64,000 bases of DNA from Rebecca billardiae RCC1528 (lineage: Eukaryota; Protista; Haptophyta): positions 186,001 to 250,000 of the forward strand of contig OZ251243.1 in NCBI GenBank assembly GCA_965240325.2. The letters are read 5' to 3'. Under the pieces are notes generated by a model, which worked only from the letters and a program-made list of their open reading frames with translations, was not told where the DNA came from and searched no databases. Shown one piece after another: positions 31,944 to 42,513 of this stretch. A program made the position numbers and the translations under genes. Positions within the stretch are counted from its first letter, which is position 1. Every line of letters starts with the position of its first letter.

Positions 31944-32866
31944 CGCGGCCACCGCCGTTGCGCCGGCCAGGGCCGCGAGGGCCACACGTCTCGTCGTCAG
32001 CAAAAACTCGGGGTGCACCGCGGATGCTCGTGGTCGGTTATCGAAACGGCAAGGCGTTCCGCACGGCATAGGATAGCACGAATGGCATATGCGAGTGAGT
32101 ACCTCTCCACACATTCTTGTAGGTTGTCCTAGGAGGACCGTTTGTATGAAAGTAAACGATTTCGCACATACGAAGATTGGACGCCTCGCGCGCGAACAAT
32201 GTCGTATTTGCAAATATGGTAGAGGAGTCGGGGGGGGAGCATCAGGTAAAAGTGTGTTGTGCGTCAGGGTAGTCTGTCATATATCCAGTAACAACAACTT
32301 CAAACGCGTCTCGAAACCCTTGATGACCCTCGAAACTTCTGCGGTTGTGCTCCCGCCTCCACCGGTTAAATCATGGAATGAGATGGGTCCACCCGGGTGG
32401 ACCACGGAGCTCTACTTGGCTCTACCCTCTACTTGAAGGAGAGACCTATTCATCAAACCACTAATCAACCGCAATGTCTTCATGGACATGTATATTGATA
32501 TGTCGTTAGGGCTTAAGGGGAGCCAGGCTGACGACGACGACGACGACGACTCTCGACGCCAAAAATAGCCCGAGCTCGGCGGCGGGCAGACCTGCGCCGT
32601 CCTACCTGTGTCGTTAAATCATAGAATGGGTCCATCGTTAATCAAGCTCGCCTGGCGATTGTCAGTGTGATTAGAGCTTTCATCACCGCTGGATATTGTA
32701 GTCGCTTTGGAACTCATCTGGCCGCTCACAGATCGAGCGGCCGTGAATCGCAACGAGAACCAAGTGCCGAGTGGCGGCTTAGGCTTAGGCTGCAGCCAGC
32801 CGCGAAGAGGGCCCGCCCCCTCTCCACGCAGCGCAAGGGCGCCTAAGCCTCCAGCGAGCGGGCGCG

Positions 32867-35800
32867 ATGCGCGCGACCGCGCGCGCGGGCATCGCGATCG
32901 TCGTGGTGGCCTACGCCGCCCTCCTGCCGCGCGCCGCCGCCGACGGCGCCGTGCGCGCCGTCCTCGAGGCGGCCACGCCGCGCGGCGCGCCGCTCGGCGC
33001 GGCGGGCGCGCTCACGCTGCGCGGCGCGGGCTTCGCCGCCACGCCCGGCGGCGGCGACAGCTGCGCGTTCGGGCCTGTGGCGGAGGCCGGGGGCGCGTTC
33101 GCGGCGCTCGCGACCACCGCCGCCGCCGTGCTCTCCGCCGACGAGGCCACGTGCGCGCTGCCGGCGGGCGCGGGGCTGGGCGCGGGCGTGTACGAGGTGC
33201 GGCTCACGCTCGACGGCGGCGCGCACGTCGTGCCGCCGCTCTTCGACGCGGTGAGCGTCGAGCTGTACGAGACGAGCGCGCTGCGCGTCGACGCGCTCCA
33301 CCCGCCCGCCGGCCCCGTCGGCGGCGGCACCGTCGTCACGCTCTCGGGCGCGGGCTTTGCCGAGTACGGCGAGGGCCAGCTGTGCTGCGTGCTGCCCGCC
33401 GTGGACCCGCTCGCGTGCGCCGCGGCGGCGACGCTGCTGCCCGAGCTCGGCGGCGCGAGCCGCGCGCGGTGCACGCTGCCCGCCGCGCCCGACGGCGCGC
33501 CGACCACGCTCGCCCTCGAGCTCTCGCTCAACGGCGCGGCCGCGGGCAGCACCTCCGCCTCCGCGCGGCAGTTTGCCTACTACGCAGAGCCAAGCGTCAC
33601 CGGACTGATCGGCGGCGAGTCCGGGCCGTTCGGCAGCGGGACGGCGGTCGTCGGCTCGGGGTTCGACGCGCTCGACGCGCTGGGCCTCACCCCGCTCCTC
33701 CGCGTCGCCTTCGGCACCAACGTCGCGCCCGCGCCCTCGGCCGTCACGTCGGAGCAGATCTTGCTCAACACGCCGCTGCAGGGCGCGCAGGGCGCGGCCG
33801 CGGTGCGCGTCGCGCTCAACGGGCAGCAGTTCGCGCCGGCGGCGAGCGGCGTGTCCTACACGTTCATCGGCGTGCACGCGCCCGTGCTGCTCCGCGCGCG
33901 CTTCAGCGACGACGCCACCGCGCTCCGCCTCGAGTTCGACGCGCAGCCGACCGACCGCGCGCGCATGGGCGCCGGCCTCTCTGCGTGTTCGGCGGTGCTC
34001 GACGACGACAGCGTCGCGCTCGTGCGCGGCGGCGCGGCGTCGGCGCCGCTCTGCTCGTGGGCGTCGGACACGGTGCTGGTCGTGCAGCTCACGCCGGCGA
34101 CGAGTATCGCGCCCGGCTCCATCCTCGCCGTGCGCGACGGCGTCCTCGCCCCCGCCTCGTGCTCGCCGGCGTGCGACGAGGCAGACCTCGGCGTCGGGCT
34201 GCGCGCGGCCGTGGACGTGGACGCGCCGTGCGGGCCGGAGGCGCCGTGCCCCGTGCCCGCCGCCGCGCTGAGCGCGCCCGCGATGCTCTCGGCGTGCGCG
34301 AACGAGACGGTGCGCCTCGACGCCTCCGCCTCCTCCGGCGCGGGCATCAAGCCGCTGGCGTACGCCTGGGCGGTCGACCGCTCCGTCTCGGACGCGCCCG
34401 AGGCCGAGGTGGCGGCGGTGGAGGCGCAACTGGCCGCGCTGCCGCCCGCCGCGTCGGTGGCGAGTCTGACGATGCCGGCGGGCGGCAGCGTGTGGGGCTT
34501 CGCGCTGCGCGTGAGCTCCTTCCTCGGCGCCACCTCCGAGCCCGCGTTCTGGGCGCTCCCGCGCTCGGCCGCGCCCTCGCCGCAGCTCTCGATCGACGGT
34601 CCGGCCGTGCGCTCGGTGCGCGCCGCCGCCGCCGTCTCCGTCGTGGCGGACCTGCGGCTGGCGCTGTGCTGGCCCGCGGCGCTGGGCTCGGAGGTGTCGT
34701 ACGCGTGGGAGGTGCTCAACGTCACGCACACGGCGAGCGGGCAGCCCGCCGCGCCCGGCGCCGCGCTCCTCCCCGACCTCTCCGCCGCGCGCACCGCGGA
34801 GGCGCTCCTGCCCAAGTTCTCGACGAGCGCCGGGTACGCGTACACGCTGCGCGCGACCGCGACAATGGCCGCGCAGCCCGCGGCGCGCGCGGCGGCGAGC
34901 GTGCAGCTGCGCGTGGTGCAGCAGCCGCTGCGCGCGGTGATCGCCGGCGGCGACCGCCGCGTCGGCGCGTCCGAGCCCCTCGCCATCGACGCCTCCGCCT
35001 CCGCCGACCCCGACGTGTCCGGCGGCGGCGCGGCGACTCTAGGCTACAGCTGGCGCTGGATCGCGCCAACCGATAAGGGTCTGGGCGCGAGCGCGGCCGC
35101 GGACGAGAGCGTCGGCGCGGCGCTGGCGGACGCGGCGGCGGGCGCGAGCACGTCCACCTTCGCGCTCCCCGCGCTCACCCTCGAAGTCGGCCGCGAGTAC
35201 GCGCTGCAGCTCGCCGTCTCCAAGCCCGGCCGCGCGCCCGCGCACGCGGCCGTCAGTCTGACCGTCGTCGCGGGCTCGGTGCCCGCCATCGTGTTCGCGC
35301 CGCTGGCGGAGAGCGTCTACCTGGCGGAGTACCGGCTGCCCACGTCGCCGCGCCTCGCGATCTCCACCTCGCTCGACCCCGCCTCCGCCGCGCTCGCCGC
35401 GAGCGGCGTGCTCACGTACAGCTACGCGTGGCGCGCGATGCTCGTCGGCGCGGGCGGCGCGCTCGCCGACGCGGCCGTCGACCTTGCCGACGACGCGGCC
35501 GTCACGACGACCGGCGCGGCGGGGCCGAGCCTCGCGTTCCGCTCGGGCGCGCTCACGCCGGGCGCGCTGTACGCGTTCGAGCTGACGGTGAGCGGCGCCG
35601 ACCAGCCCGCCGTCGCCTCCGTCCGCGTGCAGATCCACCAGCCGCCGAGCGGCGGGCTCGTGAGCGTCTCGCCCGCCGCGGGCGTCGCGCTCAAGACCCC
35701 GTTCGACCTTGGCACCACCGAGTGGGTGCTGGGCAGCGCGGACGCGGGGCCGCTGGCGTTCACGTTCTCGCACGCGCTGCGCGCCGGCGCGGGCTCGGGC

Positions 35801-38800
35801 GCGCTGCTGCTCACGCCGTACGAGCCCCTCGGCGGCGAGCGCGCCGCGCCGTGGCTGTACAGCGCCGTGCTGCCCGCGGGCAACCGCAGCGTGGGCGCGC
35901 GCGCGTGCGACGCGCTCGGCGCGTGTGGCTTCGCGAGCGCCGGCGCGAGCGTGGCGCCGCTGCGCGACGAGGAGCGCGAGCAGGCGCTGACCGACGGCGC
36001 CGCCGCCGCCGAGGGCGCCGCCGCCTCCGGCCTCCCCGCCGCCGCGTACCAGCTCGTCCGCGCGCTCGCCGAGGAGCTGACGCGCGCCGCGCCCAACCGC
36101 ACCGCGGGCGCGGGCGGCGCGGCGGCGGTCGACGGCAACACGCTCGTCGAGCTGTCGGCGCTGGCGGCGGCGGCGGGCGGCGGGAGCACGAGCGAGGCGC
36201 GCGCGCAGGTCGCCTCGGTGCTCGCCACCGTCCTCGGCTCGGGCGGCGCCGCCTCGCTCGGCGGCTCCGCCCTCGCCTCGGGCGCCGCGCAGGTGGCGAA
36301 CGTGAGCGCCGCCGCCGTCGAGACGGGGCTCGAGGGCGACGCGCTCGGCTCGCTCGTCAACGCCATCGACGGCGCGCTGGGCGGCGCGCTGGCGAGCGAG
36401 ACGGGGCTCTCGCCGAGCGAGACGGAGGCGATCGGCCGCTCGATCTCGCTCATGTCCGCCTCGCTCGGCCGCGCGCTCCTCGCCGGCGCGCTCTCGGGCG
36501 AGGCGGCCGCGCACGCTGTGGGCGAGTCGCTCAACGTGACGTCGGCGCGTCGGCGCGCGGCCGAGCTCGCCGACGCGACGCTGGCGGGCGCGGGCGGCGT
36601 GGGCGCGGTGAGCGTCTCGGCCGCGGCGGTCGAGCTGGCCGCGTCGTCGCTCGCCGAGGGCGAGGACCTCTCCGTCGTCCTCTGGACCTCCGAGGTCAAC
36701 GTGCACGACGCGCCGAGCGCGGACGGCTCGGCCGGCGGCGGCGGCGGCGCGTCGCTGGGCGGCCTGCGCACGCGTGTCTTCTCAGTCACGCTGCTCTCGG
36801 CGTCGGGCGAGACGGAGCTGGCGATCTCCGGGCTGGGCGCGGGCTCCGAGCTGATCATCGAGATCCCGCGCGCGCCCGGCGCCGCCGCCGCCGCCGCTGG
36901 CACCGCCGACGAGTGCCGCTCTTGGTCCGAGGCGCAGGGCGCGTGGACGGCCGACGGGTGCGTTACGCTGGGCGCGCGCTCGACCGAGGAGAGCCTCGTG
37001 TGCGCGTGCTCGCACCTCACCGACTTTGCGGGGGTGGCGGTGCCGAAGGACGAGGCGGAGGTGGCAGACCAGGTGGAGGCGGTGAAGGTGAACAAGGTCG
37101 ACGACGACGACGCGCGCACCATCCTCGAGCCCGAGGCCGCCAACGGCCAGATCCACATCGTCGTCTACTGCGTCTCGGCTGCCAACGCTCTGTGCCTTCT
37201 GCTCGCGTGCTGCCTCGACCGCCGCTCCGCCAAGGCGCTCGAGGCGGCGAAGGGCGCGGGCGGGGGCAAGCCGGTGCTCGCGCCGTCGTCCGCGGGCGGC
37301 TCCTCCGTCCTCTCCTCCCTCTCCATCTCGCTCGCCACCACGCGCACGGGCTCCATCATCTCCTCGGGGCTGTCCTCGGGCACGTCCACGCGGCGCAACT
37401 CGTGCGGGGTGGGCGCGGTCAACCCGGCGGGCGGCGGCGGCGGTGGCGGCGGTGGCGGCGGGTCGAGCGGCGGCGTGGGCAGCATGCGCAGCGCGGCGAC
37501 GCGCGCGCCGCCGCAGCTCGACGTGTCGGGCCGCGGGCCGCTCGGCTCCGGGCCCCCCACGCCGCCCACCACCGCTCCGCTCGTGGACGCCACCGGCATG
37601 ACAGCGATGCAGCGCGTGCGCGCGCGCAAGGCGCAGGACGCGGTGCTCAGCGCGGCGGGCGCGGAGGCGGAGGAGGAGGGCGCGCCCGCGCCCGAGCAGC
37701 GCGCGGGCGAGGCGGACGGGGGCCCCGCCGAGCCGGCCGACGCGCGGCCGGGCAGCAGCGGCAAGTGGCCCGCGCGCGCCGCCGCGCCCGCGTCGGCGTC
37801 GGCGGCGGTCACGCCGATCAACACGGCCGCGGCGGCCGCGGCGGGCGCCGCCGGCGGCGGCCAGCTCTCGTCGCCGTCCGGGCGGGAGGACTCGGCGCGC
37901 GTGCTGCCGCTCGTGCCGCTCTCGCGCTCGGCGTCGTCGATCTTCTCGCCGCGCGCGCTCTACACCCTCGACCGCGTCGCCTCCGAGCACCCCATCCTGG
38001 CCCTCTTCCGCGCGCCCGACGGCGTGACGCGCCGCTCCGAGCTCGTGCAGACGCTCTTCAACACGCTCGCGCTCGAGATGGCGGTGGAGGCGCTGATCTT
38101 CAACGCGGACGCGGAGGCGGGCGGCGCGGGGCAGCGCGGCGTGGGGCTGCTCACGCTGCTGCTGTACGCGCTGCTCGTCGCCGCCATCGCCGTCCCAGCC
38201 CTGATGCTCTTCCGCGCCATCTGGTGGCTAGGACGCACACGCGCGCGCGAGCCGCCGACCGAGCGGCTGTACCGCGCGCTGTCGCACGAGAGCGCGCGGC
38301 GGCAGGGCTCGTTTGGCGGCGGCGGCGCGGCGGCGCGGCCGGCGGGCGGCGCCGGGCCGGGGCGCGCGAGCGTGGAGCGCTTCGAGCGCGTCGACGAGGA
38401 CGCCGCGCTCGAGGACGCCGCCGCCGCGCCCGCTGCCGACGGATCCGAGCGCGCCTCGCCGCCGCCCACGCCGCCGCCCATCTCGCCGCCGCGCGGCGCG
38501 GGCGGCGGCGGCGGCTTTGGCGGCGGCGGCGCGTCCGCGGCCTGCTCGCCGTGCCTCTCCTCGCCGGTCTCGCAGTCGTCGGGCTTCCGCGTCTCGCGCC
38601 TGCCGCGCTTCTCGCGCGCGTCGCGCGCGTCGCGCGACTCCCGAGACTCGCGGCTCGTCGAGCTCACCCCCGCCGAGCTCGCCATGCTGCAGGCCGCGCT
38701 CTCGGAGGTGGAGATCCACACGATCGCGGACAACTTCCGCGCGCACGCGAGCCGCCACCTGTCCGAGCCCACGTCGGTCGTCGCGCCGCGCTCGCCCGCG

Positions 38801-39394
38801 CCGCCGCCGGGCGGCGCGGGCGGCGGCGGCGCGGGCGGCGGCGGCGCGGCGGCGGCGGCGCCGTCGCCGCCCAAGAAGAGCGCAGAGGTCTTCACGATCG
38901 ACGCGGCCGGCCTGGACAAGATGCTCGTCGCCAACCACGCGCGCGTGCCCGCGCCGCTACTCCGCCGGCTCACGCGCGATCTCGACCTGAGCCACGACGG
39001 CTTCGTCGACGAGGCCGACTTCTTCTTCTGGTACGCGCGCAAGAAGCAGCTGGCGCGCGCGGTCGCACCGCTCTCGGCCGCGCTCTCGCGCTGCGCGCTG
39101 CCCGAGCCGCTCCGCCCGCCGCTCGCCTGGCTCGCCATGCTCGCCATCTACGCCGGCCTCTGCATCACCCTGCTCATGCTCGCGGCCGCGCTCGGCGCCG
39201 AGGCCACCGACGCCATGCTGCGCTCGTGGGCCGTGGCGCTCGTGTACACGTTTGTGGCCCAGGAGCCAGTCGTGCTCTTCGCCTCGTCGCTGCTCAAGGG
39301 GTTGATTGCGGGGCTCACCTCGCTCGACATGATCACCAAGCTCGGCGCCGTGTGCGAGAAGGCGCTCGGCGCGGTCTGCTTCCTCTTCCAGTAG
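32867..39394 (+). CDS. Polycystin-1-like / GPS-domain membrane protein (2,175 aa); stalkless paralogue of the giant gene
   Basis: Single ORF with signal peptide MRATARAGIAIVVVAYAALL, IPT/TIG, REJ-like region, GPS (CRSW...WTADGC...CACSHLTDFAG at ~36910-37035), TM helices, EF-hand-like LDLSHDGFVDEADF and C-terminal TMs. Collinear with 5032-12850. Confidence 0.85.
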   Translation: MRATARAGIAIVVVAYAALLPRAAADGAVRAVLEAATPRGAPLGAAGALTLRGAGFAATPGGGDSCAFGPVAEAGGAFAALATTAAAVLSADEATCALPAGAGLGAGVYEVRLTLDGGAHVVPPLFDAVSVELYETSALRVDALHPPAGPVGGGTVVTLSGAGFAEYGEGQLCCVLPAVDPLACAAAATLLPELGGASRARCTLPAAPDGAPTTLALELSLNGAAAGSTSASARQFAYYAEPSVTGLIGGESGPFGSGTAVVGSGFDALDALGLTPLLRVAFGTNVAPAPSAVTSEQILLNTPLQGAQGAAAVRVALNGQQFAPAASGVSYTFIGVHAPVLLRARFSDDATALRLEFDAQPTDRARMGAGLSACSAVLDDDSVALVRGGAASAPLCSWASDTVLVVQLTPATSIAPGSILAVRDGVLAPASCSPACDEADLGVGLRAAVDVDAPCGPEAPCPVPAAALSAPAMLSACANETVRLDASASSGAGIKPLAYAWAVDRSVSDAPEAEVAAVEAQLAALPPAASVASLTMPAGGSVWGFALRVSSFLGATSEPAFWALPRSAAPSPQLSIDGPAVRSVRAAAAVSVVADLRLALCWPAALGSEVSYAWEVLNVTHTASGQPAAPGAALLPDLSAARTAEALLPKFSTSAGYAYTLRATATMAAQPAARAAASVQLRVVQQPLRAVIAGGDRRVGASEPLAIDASASADPDVSGGGAATLGYSWRWIAPTDKGLGASAAADESVGAALADAAAGASTSTFALPALTLEVGREYALQLAVSKPGRAPAHAAVSLTVVAGSVPAIVFAPLAESVYLAEYRLPTSPRLAISTSLDPASAALAASGVLTYSYAWRAMLVGAGGALADAAVDLADDAAVTTTGAAGPSLAFRSGALTPGALYAFELTVSGADQPAVASVRVQIHQPPSGGLVSVSPAAGVALKTPFDLGTTEWVLGSADAGPLAFTFSHALRAGAGSGALLLTPYEPLGGERAAPWLYSAVLPAGNRSVGARACDALGACGFASAGASVAPLRDEEREQALTDGAAAAEGAAASGLPAAAYQLVRALAEELTRAAPNRTAGAGGAAAVDGNTLVELSALAAAAGGGSTSEARAQVASVLATVLGSGGAASLGGSALASGAAQVANVSAAAVETGLEGDALGSLVNAIDGALGGALASETGLSPSETEAIGRSISLMSASLGRALLAGALSGEAAAHAVGESLNVTSARRRAAELADATLAGAGGVGAVSVSAAAVELAASSLAEGEDLSVVLWTSEVNVHDAPSADGSAGGGGGASLGGLRTRVFSVTLLSASGETELAISGLGAGSELIIEIPRAPGAAAAAAGTADECRSWSEAQGAWTADGCVTLGARSTEESLVCACSHLTDFAGVAVPKDEAEVADQVEAVKVNKVDDDDARTILEPEAANGQIHIVVYCVSAANALCLLLACCLDRRSAKALEAAKGAGGGKPVLAPSSAGGSSVLSSLSISLATTRTGSIISSGLSSGTSTRRNSCGVGAVNPAGGGGGGGGGGGSSGGVGSMRSAATRAPPQLDVSGRGPLGSGPPTPPTTAPLVDATGMTAMQRVRARKAQDAVLSAAGAEAEEEGAPAPEQRAGEADGGPAEPADARPGSSGKWPARAAAPASASAAVTPINTAAAAAAGAAGGGQLSSPSGREDSARVLPLVPLSRSASSIFSPRALYTLDRVASEHPILALFRAPDGVTRRSELVQTLFNTLALEMAVEALIFNADAEAGGAGQRGVGLLTLLLYALLVAAIAVPALMLFRAIWWLGRTRAREPPTERLYRALSHESARRQGSFGGGGAAARPAGGAGPGRASVERFERVDEDAALEDAAAAPAADGSERASPPPTPPPISPPRGAGGGGGFGGGGASAACSPCLSSPVSQSSGFRVSRLPRFSRASRASRDSRDSRLVELTPAELAMLQAALSEVEIHTIADNFRAHASRHLSEPTSVVAPRSPAPPPGGAGGGGAGGGGAAAAAPSPPKKSAEVFTIDAAGLDKMLVANHARVPAPLLRRLTRDLDLSHDGFVDEADFFFWYARKKQLARAVAPLSAALSRCALPEPLRPPLAWLAMLAIYAGLCITLLMLAAALGAEATDAMLRSWAVALVYTFVAQEPVVLFASSLLKGLIAGLTSLDMITKLGAVCEKALGAVCFLFQ

Positions 39395-40069
39395 CGGCGC
39401 ACGCCCGCGGCGCGCGCCGGCCACACGGCACCGCTCCGCACGCACGCGGCCGCAGCGCGCCGCGCCCACGACCCTCCATCAAGGCCCCGCACCCGCACCG
39501 CCCAAGGACACACCCAAGGACACCCCCACGCACGCAAGGCCCGGCATGCGCTCCTCGCGGTTCGCACGCACGCCCCGCTCTCAACGGCGGCCTGCTGCCG
39601 GCCTCCGTGGCCGCCGCCGGCCCGCCAGCCGGCCGGCCGCCGCGCGCGCCGAGCGCGCGCGCGGCACACACACGTGTCTCCCCGCATGCTCCACGGTCTA
39701 CCCCGCACATGTCTCGCAAGCTGCGCACGCCGCGCACGCGCCGCGGCCCGACGCTGGCCGCCGCTGTGCTGCGCTTCTTCGTGTCGCTTGCCCCGGCGGC
39801 CGGCGCGGCGGCCTCGCCGCGCCGCGCCGCCTGCCATGCCAAGCGCTCGCTCGCTGCTCCCGCATCGTCGCATCGTCATCGTCGCATATATCGACGTATG
39901 TCGGGTCGAGCGCAGTGCCTCTTGCCGCCCCCGCCTGGCGGCTCATCGCAGCATATCCGTGTCGCGGTGTGACCCGTGTCGACGACGCACTCGAGTCGCC
40001 AGCGTCACTCCGCCGCGCGGCCTGCCCGCGCGAATTATTATTTTTTATTCATCCAGCATGCAGTTATTT

Positions 40070-40156
40070 AATATATATATATATATATATTATAATATAT
40101 AATTTTGCTGCGCCGTAGTCGGCCCCGCCGTAGAGTACCGTAGCGCAGCTAAGTAG

Positions 40157-40201
<45 letters not shown>

Positions 40202-40245
40202 TACTATATTGAATATATATATATATCGGCAGCGCATATATATAT
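40070..40245. repeat. (TA)n microsatellite cluster
   Basis: Several TA runs (~40070-40101, 40158-40195, 40213-40245) forming an AT island downstream of the paralogue gene. Confidence 0.95.
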
Positions 40246-41224
40246 GTCTAGCCGTCCTCGGAGCGCCTGCGCCATCCAGATGCAGCGAGGAGGCGAGGCA
40301 CACGCCGGGCAGGGCGGAGCCACGCGGCGAGAGACCAGACTCTATACATTGTATGGGATTTTTGTTCCTCGAAACAAAGTGCGAGCGGCAGCCAGCGCTC
40401 GGACCGAGCGCGCGGCAGGACCAGCTTGGACGACGCAGCTCGAGAGCCGCCAAGCCACACGACAGCGAGGCACGAAGGACATCGCGCACAGGGCGCCTCG
40501 AAGCTGCGGGCCGCCGGAAACAGCTGCAGCCATCAGGACAGTGGGCGCTTCCGACGGGTGCTCGCTGCGAGTGAGCGGGAGGCATGCAGCAGCGACGGTA
40601 ACGGTTGGCTCGGCGCCTGATGAAAAACCCAGTTCACGAATTGGCCGTCCTGACCGCCATGCCAACCATGCCTAGTTAGCCTATGGCCCAGGAGCAGCGC
40701 AGTGAGTAGGTCGTTCTAGGCCGCCGTGCGTGCACACAGAGCACGGGCTCGAAAGTCCCTTGTGGCACGATGAGAAGAGGGTGGCCAAGATGGCAGCCGG
40801 ACTTGAGCTCGGCCGCCTGGCTCAGGCTGAATGGCAGGCAGGTGTTGATACGGCGCATTGCGCTCCCACCGTCCTCTTAGACAGCAATCAGTTATTGTGC
40901 CAATAACCCCACATATATGGCAGCAGGCGGGCTGATCGGCGGATGACTCGGCCTCGGAGCCGCGGCCTGGCCGCTGGCGGCGCGGCCTCGCCGGTGCCCT
41001 CGGGTCTCGGGAGCTGGCGGCGTGATGTCGATGCATTGATGCGCCGGCGAGCCGTATATATAGGCATAGTGACGATGCGCATGGGCACGCCATCATGATC
41101 AGCTCCAGGACGACGGCGCGGTTTCGGCCGCGGCGGCGGGATGCGCGAGTTGTGCTCTCGATGGCCTTTGGTTGGCGCCGAGCGTTGCTGCAGTGCGTCG
41201 CGCGAGAGGGCCTGAGAGAGCCTG

Positions 41225-41338
41225 CTGCCGCACTCAGATGGTGCCGGTGCTGACGACCGTGCGAGGCCCCTTGGCGAGACCCTGCCGCACTCAGATGGTG
41301 CCGGTGCTGACGACCGTGCGAGGCCCCTTGGCGAGACC
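41225..41338. repeat. 57-bp tandem duplication
   Basis: ctgccgcactcagatggtgccggtgctgacgaccgtgcgaggccccttggcgagacc occurs twice in succession, 3' of the PAP2 gene. Confidence 0.9.
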
Positions 41339-41560
41339 CAGCGCGCGCGCTCGCGCCGCCAGCGCGGAGGCCACGCGCCCGCCTGCCTGAGGCCGCCTGT
41401 GCGGGTGGCGGGCCGACAGACAGCCCGCGTGTGCCCCTGCCTGCGGCGGTGCCCGCTGCCTCGCGCTCGTCCGCTCGGCGCGGCTGCGGCCTGCAGCCGT
41501 GTGGTGGCCCAGGGCAGCGCTGCCGCGCACCGCGGCGGGGCGCGCGCGCGCCCGGCGGGC

Positions 41561-42513
41561 TCAGCCGTAGTAGTGCTTGCCGCCCGCGAGCTCGGGCGGC
41601 AGCGGGGGCTGCAGGCTGACGACGCCCTTGCGCCCGAGCACGAACACGCCCATGCACAGCGCCAGCCCCGCGCCCCCGAACGATTGCCACGGCGCCACCG
41701 CGTGGAGCGCCAGCGTCGCGCCCGCACCGATCGCCGCGCCCACGACGACGTCGAGGAGGTGGTGCGCCCAGATGTACATGCGGCCGTACGAGGAGAGCAG
41801 CATGGGCAGCCACACGAGCCAGCTCCCGCCGCCCGTCACCAGCCACAGCACCGTCGACGCCACCGCGCCGCCGCACGCGTCCCCTGAGGGGAACGACTCG
41901 ATGGCCGTGTACCCCGTGCACAGGTGTTCGTGCAGCGGGAGCAGCCGCGCGTCGGCGAGGGCGTCGCGCCCGGGCATCGAGATGCACGGGCGCTTGCGCG
42001 CGAACACCGTCTTCACCAGCGTGCCCGCCAGCACGCTGTACCCCCACGACGCGATGTAGAAGCTCGCCGCCTGCGCGGCGCGCTGCTCGCGCGCGAGCGC
42101 GCTCGCGAGCCCAAACGAGCAGAGCACCGCGACGTACGGCCTCCACCAGAGCAGGCCGCGGTCGGCGCGGCGCATGAGCACGGCGCAGAAGAGCACGAGC
42201 GCGCAGAGGAACACACCCGCCGCCGCGAGCAGCAGCCCGACGTTGCCCGGCTCGGCGGCGGCGGCGAGCAGCAGCGGCGCGCTGCCGAGCGAGGTGGTCG
42301 TCGTGCCAAACCAGGTGCCCGGCACGGCGAGGGGCAGCTCGAGCAGGCCGAGCTGCCAGCTGAACGCCAGATGGTACGACACCCACTTGTCCGCGCGGTC
42401 GAGCAGGCACCCTTCCCGCCACAGCCCGATCTGCGCCGGCGGCCGTGCGGAGGGCATCTTGCGCGACGCGCACATTGCCGCTCTTTGGAAGCTCTTTGGT
42501 GCAGCTTGAGTGA
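41561..42513 (-). CDS. PAP2-superfamily membrane phosphatase; main body of a gene whose first 14 codons lie at 48015-48056, beyond the inserted element
   Basis: Motif C1 KTVFARKRP, C2 SFPSGD (His replaced by Asp), C3 GRMYIWAHHLLD; multiple TM segments. In-frame downstream ATGs remain at 42475 and 42457. Confidence 0.85.
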
